Positions 57,630-64,000 of a stretch of 64,000 bases of DNA are shown piece after piece. Location: assembly GCA_016179685.1 (NCBI GenBank), contig JACPCR010000061.1, positions 28,336 to 92,335 of the forward strand, read 5' to 3'. The notes beneath the pieces are model-generated. The model saw only the letters and a program-made list of their open reading frames with translations. It was not told the origin of the DNA and did no database searches. Origin of the DNA: Planctomycetota bacterium (GTDB taxonomy: Bacteria; Planctomycetota; PUPC01; JACPCR01). The translations under genes and the position numbers were made by a program. The number at the start of each line of letters is the position of its first letter. Position 1 is the stretch's first letter.

Positions 57630-59513
57630 ATGCTTCTGAGGCTATGGCAGGCTCTCCTCTTGTGCAGCCTATCACCCGCCTCGGGCGAGCCGGCGGTGAG
57701 GCGTGTGGTTCTTCTGCCGCTCATCCCGGCGAATCCGGCAGCCGAGAAGGTGGTGGAGGAGGTCGGGAAGCTCCTCGTGAACGAACTGGAGGTTCAACCC
57801 GAGCTGTCGTGTCGGGCATTGAGTCGTGCGGAATTACTGGCCCTCGAGCCGTGTCCCTTGAAGGCGTTCGTAGCATCGGCGAGCCACGCGGGCGGTGGGG
57901 CGGACGTGGTGCTCCTGGCCAGGGTTTCGGTCTTCGAGGCGTTGAGGGAGCTGGACATGACCCTTTTCGACGGCGGGGGAGAGGTGCTGGGCTGCGTTTG
58001 GGACCACGGCTACGCGGGGCCGAACGGGGGGCGTTTCGACCGGGTGGGCCGCGACGATCTGGCTCTGCCGAACGCGATGGAATACCTGGTAGGGAATATT
58101 CTTCAGGTCATGGATTTTCCGGCCCGGCCCAAGAGGTTGATCGCGGTGAGTCCGTTTGAGGACGCGGTGAGTGCGGGAGACTACCGGGAAGGTGTTGCCG
58201 TCCTGCTGGCGACGTGCCTATCGGACTCGGGTGAGGCGTGGGGCCTGGCCCGGCCGGGGGAGGTGACGGCACGCTGGGCGGGTCCTTTGGCCGAATCCAT
58301 GGAAGGGGCCTGCGGCGAGGCGACCCAGGCGGTGAAGGGGAAGGTCCACCTCGTGGGCGAGATTCCGACCATCCAGCTTTCCTTGGAAAGAAGCGGCCGC
58401 GAGGCGGAGACGGCCCAGCAGTCCTTTCAGGGGCCGCAAGCGCTGCGCGGGACGGTCCAGCAGCTCGCGCGGGCGCTGCGTTCCGGAGGCTCGGACCGGC
58501 TCATCTGGTCATTCCGGTCGGCGGCCCGCGCTTCCGGCTCGCCCGTCTTCAGCGAGGGAGCGGTCCATTTTACGGCGGAGGACGAACACCTCTATTCCAT
58601 CAGTCTGGCCAGTGGCGAGCTGCGCCATCAGGCCCTCGTGGAACACTCGGCACACGGCATGGGCACCGTCGGACTGGCCGGCCCCTTCCGGCTCGGCCAG
58701 GCGCTGGCCGTGGTGACCGAGAGAGGGAGCATCATCGGCTACTCGCCCAAGGACCTGAAGCCGCTTTGGCGAGCCTCCGTCGGATCGGCCCCGAGACCGG
58801 TCGGCCTGACGTCATCCGGCCTGTTTCTGGCGGCCGGAGACGAGTTGACCCTGGTCCGTGAGGATGGAAAGGTCGCATGGACCGCTGCGGTGTCGGGAAC
58901 GGTTTCCGGGGGGTGCGAGGCGGGCGGACGCTGGTTTTTCGGGAGCGGCGACCAGCGCTTCCACGGGGCGTCTGTCCTGGATGGCCAGGAAGCCTGGGCC
59001 ACCGATCTGGACGACCGACCGTGTGGCATACCTGCCGCGGACGCCGAGAGCATCTACTTCGGCACGGAGGATGCCCGATTTCACGCAGTCCGGCAGGCGA
59101 ATGGCGAGCGGCGGTGGTCGATCGATCTGGAGGACAGTGCGACCGGAGCTGCCCGGTTCATGGGCGGCCTGCTGCTCGTGCCCTGCTCGAGCGGATCGCT
59201 TTACGGAGTCGATCCCGCGGCAGGTCGGGTCTTCTGGAAGCAGAATCTCTGCGGGCGCGGCACGCCGCTGCTCGTGCCCGCTGGCGGCCGGATACTCCTT
59301 GTGCGGGCGGACGGCGTGCTCGAAGCCCGGTCGAATTTCGAGAAGACGCCGGACTGGACTTTCCAGATGCCGGCGCGGGCGCGGTTTCCGGCGCTCTTCA
59401 TTTCCAAGGCCGAGCTGGACGGGTCAGAGGATTTGGACGTCGAGGACCGCAGCTGGATCGTCGTTGGGGACGAGGCGTGCAACATGTTTGCTTTAGATGC
59501 GGGAGGTGAATGA
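57630..59513 (+). CDS. secreted PQQ-like beta-propeller repeat protein (BamB-like fold)
   Basis: Signal peptide MLLRLWQALLLCSLSPASG. Repeated G-x-hydrophobic-x-A-hydrophobic-D-x-x-x-G-x-x-x-W units (GSIIGYSPKDLKPLWRA, GKVAWTAAV, DARFHAVRQANGERRWS, GSLYGVDPAAGRVFWKQ). Confidence 0.65.
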   Translation: MLLRLWQALLLCSLSPASGEPAVRRVVLLPLIPANPAAEKVVEEVGKLLVNELEVQPELSCRALSRAELLALEPCPLKAFVASASHAGGGADVVLLARVSVFEALRELDMTLFDGGGEVLGCVWDHGYAGPNGGRFDRVGRDDLALPNAMEYLVGNILQVMDFPARPKRLIAVSPFEDAVSAGDYREGVAVLLATCLSDSGEAWGLARPGEVTARWAGPLAESMEGACGEATQAVKGKVHLVGEIPTIQLSLERSGREAETAQQSFQGPQALRGTVQQLARALRSGGSDRLIWSFRSAARASGSPVFSEGAVHFTAEDEHLYSISLASGELRHQALVEHSAHGMGTVGLAGPFRLGQALAVVTERGSIIGYSPKDLKPLWRASVGSAPRPVGLTSSGLFLAAGDELTLVREDGKVAWTAAVSGTVSGGCEAGGRWFFGSGDQRFHGASVLDGQEAWATDLDDRPCGIPAADAESIYFGTEDARFHAVRQANGERRWSIDLEDSATGAARFMGGLLLVPCSSGSLYGVDPAAGRVFWKQNLCGRGTPLLVPAGGRILLVRADGVLEARSNFEKTPDWTFQMPARARFPALFISKAELDGSEDLDVEDRSWIVVGDEACNMFALDAGGE

Positions 59514-59514
59514 C

Positions 59515-62500
59515 ATGCCGCGCAGGATGGATTCCCTTCGACTCGGGGCAGGCGCTTCAGTCGTGCTGCGGATTCCATGCGCAAGCGAAGAAGGGTCTCC
59601 CAGCGAATTCTTCTGGACCCGTCCCCGTGCCGCTTTGCTGATTCCCTGGGCTTGCCTGGCGATGGCGGTATTTCCGTTCCGCCAGTGCCCGGCTCAGGAC
59701 CTCGAGCCCGAGGAGGACACGGAGCTGGAAGCGGAAATGGAGGAGGAGACGGACTTTCAGTTTCTCGCCGACAGCGTGTATCTGGAAGCAGAGGAGTTCG
59801 AGGGGGTTTCGGCCGAAACGAAGCCCGGGGAGAAGGCCGGGTGGAAGGCCGAGGCGGACTCCTACGTGTGCCGCGAGGTGGCCGAGCCGTTGCCCGAGGG
59901 TGGGAAAATCCAGAGGCGGTTCGAGGTCCCCGCGGCCGGGGACTATGCGCTCTGGGTGCGGTATTTCTTGAAGCCGGAGCTGGCGGACCCCTTCGAGCTG
60001 GTCGTCCGGCAGGGCGACCAGGAACGGTTTCGAGGGAAGTTCTATGACCGGCCGGTGGAACGCGGCGTGACGGCCGCCGATCTGGAGAAGGGGCGGGGAC
60101 TATGGATAGACGACCCGGCGGTGCGGGAAGGGATATTCACCTCGGAGACTTTTGTGTGGGACCGGCGCGAGGTGAAGCTGGGGCCGGGTGAGGCATCCGT
60201 GGAACTGGAACACCACCCGCGTCCCTATCGGCAGCCGACGCGCTTCCGCGTGGACGGGTTGCTCCTGACGCGCTCGAAGTCATACCGGCCCGCCTTCCGG
60301 GACTTTCGGACCCTCTTCGTGCGCGTGAAGGTGCTGGAGATCGAGCCGGCGGATGCGGAGTTCACCTGCGCGTTCACGCTGCTGAGGCATGACGGGCACT
60401 ACACGTTCCGGGATGGCAGTCCGCGCTGGTGGTATGGCGGCGTGTGGGGCGTCACGGGGCCAAAAAAAGCGCCTTTGAAGGCCGGGGAGTACTCGGACTG
60501 GGTGAACATGGACGTGCACCTGAAGGAAGGCGCCCTGCCCTGTACCACCGCCGTGGAGTTGAAAGGGAAGAGCTTGGGCCGTTGCAGGGTCCAGCTCGAG
60601 GCCGCGTGGGGCATGCAGGACTCCCAGGTGGTGAAGCGGGTAGTCGAGGAGGGGATGCTGCCCCTGGCAGGTTTCGTTCTGCCCTGCCAGGACGTCAGGT
60701 CCAGAGACGAGGTGGTCCGCAGCGTCTGGCCGCAGCGATACCGTGATACCGTCCGGGGTATCTCCGAAGAGGCTTTGAAGCGCCTGGAGCTGGTGAGGTC
60801 GTTCGAGAGGTCCGCTCGGGCGCGGCCCGAGAAGGTCTGGGTGAGCATCGGTGCGGGCGGCTTTGGCGGCTATCACTCCTCGCCGGCCGTGTCGGAGGCG
60901 GAGGCGGAGGTGCTGGAGCGCATCGGGGCCAATGCGGGGGGGACCGGCGTGCCGGAGATCGATGGGCGGCACGGCATCGGCCCCGCTGGCTTCGGAGGAG
61001 CTGCGGACCCGCCGACGTATTATTCCGGAACGGTCTGCCCGTCGGGCCCCGCTTATGCCCGCGGCATCCGCGCGCATTACGAGCGCGAGGCCGCAGCCAT
61101 CCGGAAGAGCCGGCCCGGCGCGATCGAGTCCTACCGGCGCTTCAAGCTCGGCGACGAGATCGGCTACGCGACGACCGTCGCCCATGCGCGGCAGTGCTAT
61201 CACTGCATCCGGGCGTTCCATCGTTTCCTGGCCGAGAATGGATACCGGCCCGAGGATTTCGGCGAGAAGTCCTGGAATCCCTCCCTCCTGCCCCTGGAGA
61301 AGGACGCGGCGGAGGGCCGGATCGGACGCCTGCTCTACTTCAATACGATGCGGTTTCTAGCGACCCTGACGGGCCGGACCTACGCCCAGGCCACCCGGGC
61401 GGTCGAGGAGCACTTCTCACCCGACGTGAGGACGTATGCCAACTTCTCGCCGCACCCCATCACCCTCGGCAGCGGCATGGGCATGGACTGGTTCGAGCTT
61501 TCCCGGCAGCGCGGCGTCACCTTGGGCTGGGTCGAGGGCTGGATCACCATGGGAAGCTGGGGCGGACCTGGACTCCAGATTCTGTCCTACCTGACCGAGA
61601 TCATCCGGTCCGCTCACCGGAAGCAGCCGCCCGGCCCCCTGGGCTACTATCTGGTGGGCTCGACCGGCGGCATCCGGACCCAGTTCAACACGTTCCTGGC
61701 GCATGGGGGCAAGATGGTGGACGTCTACGGCTACGGCCCCCAGTATGCCGCGACGGAAACCTACTTCGCGGAGGACCCGGGCTCTTTGCGGGGCTGCGCC
61801 GACGGCATGACCTCGCTGGGGAAAGCGGACGCGCTCATCCACGCAGGATCGGACCGTCCGGCGGATACGGCGCTTCTCTACTCCCGGAGCGCGGAGCTGT
61901 GGCAGGAGGATACGGCGATCAATACGAACCGGAGGCTGATCTACCTGGCGCTGCTTCACCAGCATCTTCGAGTGGATATCCTGACGGAGGACGACCTGGT
62001 GGGCGGCGTCCTGGAGAAATACCGGGCGCTTTACCTCACTGGATTGAACGTGCGCCGTGACGGGCAGAAGGTGATTAGGGACTGGGTGGGCCGGGGCGGC
62101 GTGGTCTGGGCGGACGCGGGTTGTGCGATCCGGGACGAGTCGGACAGCCGATGCCGCGACCTGGACGAGGTTTTCGGCGCGAGCCACGTGCGGCTCGTCC
62201 AGGTGAAAACGAGCTACCACGAGTTCCAGTTTCCGAAGCTGAAAGACCTGGATGCGGCGACCTATGAGGCCTCGGAGCATTTTCCTGCCGGCCCGGCTCG
62301 GGTGGTGGGATACCGGGAGACCCTGAAGGCGGAGGGCGGGGAGGTCCTTGCCACGTTCCAGGATGGCAGCCCTGCGGCTCTGGTGCACGGTTTTGGGAAA
62401 GGCAAGGCCTTCCGTTTCGCCTATTTTCCCGCTTTCACGTACCGCCTGTACGCCACGCCGGAGGCGCTCTCGCTGCCGAACGGATACCGGGAGGAGGAGC

Positions 62501-62787
62501 GGCGCATCATCGCGCGTGCGGCGGTCACCGCGGGATGCCGGGGTCCCGTGGCCCTATCGGACCCCCTGGTGGAGCCGGGATTACTCGAATCCGCCGGGGG
62601 CCGGGCGCTGATCCTGGTCAACTTCCGTTTCAAGGAAATCCCGAAACTGGACGTGCGGGTGAGGTCCGTGCCCGGCGTCGGCCTCGTCGAATCGGTCTAT
62701 CAGGGTCCCTTGGACTTTCGGCAGGAGGGGGCGGACGTGTTATTCTCGATGCCGCTGGGAACTTCGGACGTGGTGATTTTAAGATGA
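59515..62787 (+). CDS. large hypothetical protein (about 1090 aa) with a C-terminal region resembling a GH42-type trimerisation / class-I-glutamine-amidotransferase-like domain
   Basis: A GGGAGG RBS precedes the ATG at 59515. An internal hydrophobic segment (AALLIPWACLAMAVFPF) suggests a signal or anchor. The ALLYSRSAELWQED...YRALYLTGLNVRRDGQKVIRDWVGRGGVVWADAG pattern resembles beta-galactosidase trimerisation domains. Confidence 0.55.
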   Translation: MPRRMDSLRLGAGASVVLRIPCASEEGSPSEFFWTRPRAALLIPWACLAMAVFPFRQCPAQDLEPEEDTELEAEMEEETDFQFLADSVYLEAEEFEGVSAETKPGEKAGWKAEADSYVCREVAEPLPEGGKIQRRFEVPAAGDYALWVRYFLKPELADPFELVVRQGDQERFRGKFYDRPVERGVTAADLEKGRGLWIDDPAVREGIFTSETFVWDRREVKLGPGEASVELEHHPRPYRQPTRFRVDGLLLTRSKSYRPAFRDFRTLFVRVKVLEIEPADAEFTCAFTLLRHDGHYTFRDGSPRWWYGGVWGVTGPKKAPLKAGEYSDWVNMDVHLKEGALPCTTAVELKGKSLGRCRVQLEAAWGMQDSQVVKRVVEEGMLPLAGFVLPCQDVRSRDEVVRSVWPQRYRDTVRGISEEALKRLELVRSFERSARARPEKVWVSIGAGGFGGYHSSPAVSEAEAEVLERIGANAGGTGVPEIDGRHGIGPAGFGGAADPPTYYSGTVCPSGPAYARGIRAHYEREAAAIRKSRPGAIESYRRFKLGDEIGYATTVAHARQCYHCIRAFHRFLAENGYRPEDFGEKSWNPSLLPLEKDAAEGRIGRLLYFNTMRFLATLTGRTYAQATRAVEEHFSPDVRTYANFSPHPITLGSGMGMDWFELSRQRGVTLGWVEGWITMGSWGGPGLQILSYLTEIIRSAHRKQPPGPLGYYLVGSTGGIRTQFNTFLAHGGKMVDVYGYGPQYAATETYFAEDPGSLRGCADGMTSLGKADALIHAGSDRPADTALLYSRSAELWQEDTAINTNRRLIYLALLHQHLRVDILTEDDLVGGVLEKYRALYLTGLNVRRDGQKVIRDWVGRGGVVWADAGCAIRDESDSRCRDLDEVFGASHVRLVQVKTSYHEFQFPKLKDLDAATYEASEHFPAGPARVVGYRETLKAEGGEVLATFQDGSPAALVHGFGKGKAFRFAYFPAFTYRLYATPEALSLPNGYREEERRIIARAAVTAGCRGPVALSDPLVEPGLLESAGGRALILVNFRFKEIPKLDVRVRSVPGVGLVESVYQGPLDFRQEGADVLFSMPLGTSDVVILR

Positions 62788-63112
62788 ACTGCAACGACGA
62801 AAACGACAAGAAGAGATTCAGGGACAGGTGGGGCGATACCGCCACGTACTCAAGAGAGCCCTCTTGGCCCTGTCCGCCGGAGCGGCCCCGCGGAGGTGGA
62901 AGCCGCCGCAAAGGCGGGAAGGAGTTGGGGTCAAGGACGTGGAGAAGTTCGCGGAGGCAGCGGTTCTATGAAATAGGATCCGAGCCAACAGCACCGCAGG
63001 TCAATTCGCCTGAAGGGGTACGATGATTCCCAGGCCGGGGCGTCTTTCGTCACGGTCTGCGCGAAGAATCGTTGAATCGCATCTGGGAATACATCATCAA
63101 CAAACCGTTACG

Positions 63113-64000
63113 ATGGGAATGGGACCAGGAAAGCCCGTTGTCGGCGTGGTTTTGACGCCTCCAGGCGAGGGCGGCATCGGGGTCCTGCAGGTAGTCGGGA
63201 CCGATGCCGTGAAGGTGCTGGAGCTTGTGTTCCGCGGCAAGAGCGACGGGCCCCCGGGCGGCCCCTGGACGCCGGGCGAGCTGCGGCTGGGCAGGCTCAT
63301 GGACGGGAAGGATGTCCTGGACGAGGCGATGGTCTGCGTCCTGCCGGGCGACCCGCCCGCAGTCGAAATCCAGTGCCATGGGGGTCAGGAGACGATCCGG
63401 CGCATCCTCCGCTGCCTGGAGGCGCAGGGGGTCAAGCTGGTGAAGCCGCCGGAATGGCTGAGCCTGAGCGCCTGTCGGATGGGGCTGGACCGCATCCAGT
63501 GCGAGGCGGCGGAGGCGATACCCTGGGCTCGGAGCGAACTGGCGTTGTCGCTGCTCCTGGCGCAGCACGAGGGAGCGCTTTCAGGGTTCGTCCGGGACCT
63601 GGCGGGGGGCCGTGTCGGCAAGGCGGAAGTCGAGGCCCTGCTGCGGCGGCCGCGCTGGGGCGAGGTTTTGTGCTGCCCCCGCCGGGCCGTGCTGGCAGGC
63701 CCACCCAACGCCGGCAAGAGCAGCCTGTTCAACCGCCTCCTCAAGGAGGATCGCGTGATCACCGCAGAGTCGCCCGGGACGACGCGGGATGCGATCGCCG
63801 AGGAAGTGCTGGTCCGGGGCGTTCCCGTGGTGCTCGTTGATACGGCAGGCCTGAGGGAAACGGAGCACCCGGTCGAGAAGCTGGCCATCGAGGTTTCGGT
63901 GCGGGAGCTGGCCCAAGCGGACCTGGTCTTGTTCGTTTTCGATGCTTCGCTTCCACTCGACGAGGCGGTTCTCGGGAATTACCGTTCGGTGTGCGGGCGC
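63113..64000 (+). CDS. mnmE: tRNA modification GTPase MnmE (TrmE), 5' partial (runs off window end)
   Basis: N-terminal GVVLTPPGEGGIGVLQVVG and CHGG motif. G-domain G1 GPPNAGKSSLFN, G2 TTRD, G3 DTAGLRE. No stop before 64000, so it is absent from the ORF track. Confidence 0.88.
   Translation, partial: MGMGPGKPVVGVVLTPPGEGGIGVLQVVGTDAVKVLELVFRGKSDGPPGGPWTPGELRLGRLMDGKDVLDEAMVCVLPGDPPAVEIQCHGGQETIRRILRCLEAQGVKLVKPPEWLSLSACRMGLDRIQCEAAEAIPWARSELALSLLLAQHEGALSGFVRDLAGGRVGKAEVEALLRRPRWGEVLCCPRRAVLAGPPNAGKSSLFNRLLKEDRVITAESPGTTRDAIAEEVLVRGVPVVLVDTAGLRETEHPVEKLAIEVSVRELAQADLVLFVFDASLPLDEAVLGNYRSVCGR

Noticed and set aside
62788-63112. ORFs 62535-63026(+) and 63050-63568(-) in the gap before mnmE.
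   Set aside because: Low-complexity Arg/Gly-rich translations. The second is antisense to the clearly conserved mnmE N-terminus.
1-64000. Search for CRISPR arrays, tRNA/rRNA genes, integrases, transposases and phage structural genes.
   Set aside because: No regularly spaced direct repeats with unique spacers, no tRNA-like cloverleaf candidates, and no recombinase/transposase-like ORFs were seen. The repeats present are hairpins and short tandem repeats, described separately.

Overview
This is a high-GC (about 65-70%) bacterial chromosomal segment, densely coding and mostly on the + strand, with no rRNA, tRNA, CRISPR array, integrase or transposase. Giant secreted proteins, PA14/PKD/TPR architectures and a fused MFS-spermidine-synthase suggest a PVC-like (Planctomycetota/Verrucomicrobiota-type) organism; that is inference only.

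Confidently recognised housekeeping genes: acetyl-CoA synthetase (acs), folylpolyglutamate synthase (folC), endonuclease III (nth), lipoyl synthase (lipA), biotin synthase (bioB), glycerol-3-phosphate dehydrogenase (gpsA), a short cobalamin-independent methionine synthase, and partial mnmE at the 3' edge.

Accessory or unusual content:
- An AT-rich islet carrying a vapBC toxin-antitoxin pair behind a near-consensus sigma70 promoter.
- A GH36-like glycosidase and a fused MFS/spermidine-synthase/TPR protein.
- A sugar-acid catabolic cluster: two tandem UxuA mannonate dehydratase paralogs split by a small retropepsin-like protease gene, an enolase-superfamily (ManD-like) dehydratase, an SMP-30 lactonase with a frame-switched N-terminus, and an HpcH aldolase.
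- A run of three radical-SAM genes: a TIGR03960/TIGR03936-type fusion, then lipA, then bioB.
- A tightly packed 12.7 kb array (50125-62787) with no assignable pathway: two giant secreted proteins, a HEAT protein, two tandem GT-C-like membrane paralogs and a PQQ-like beta-propeller.

Noncoding observations:
- A family of four perfectly palindromic hairpins with a conserved AAGTGCNCCCGCAMTT apex and compensatory stem substitutions.
- A 59-nt block conserved at about 93% in two intergenic regions.
- Tandem 65-bp repeats.
- A (TGACACC)x3 tract that is mirrored elsewhere as an 11-bp inverted repeat.

Many long antisense or alternate-frame ORFs in the supplied track are GC-driven artefacts and were rejected.
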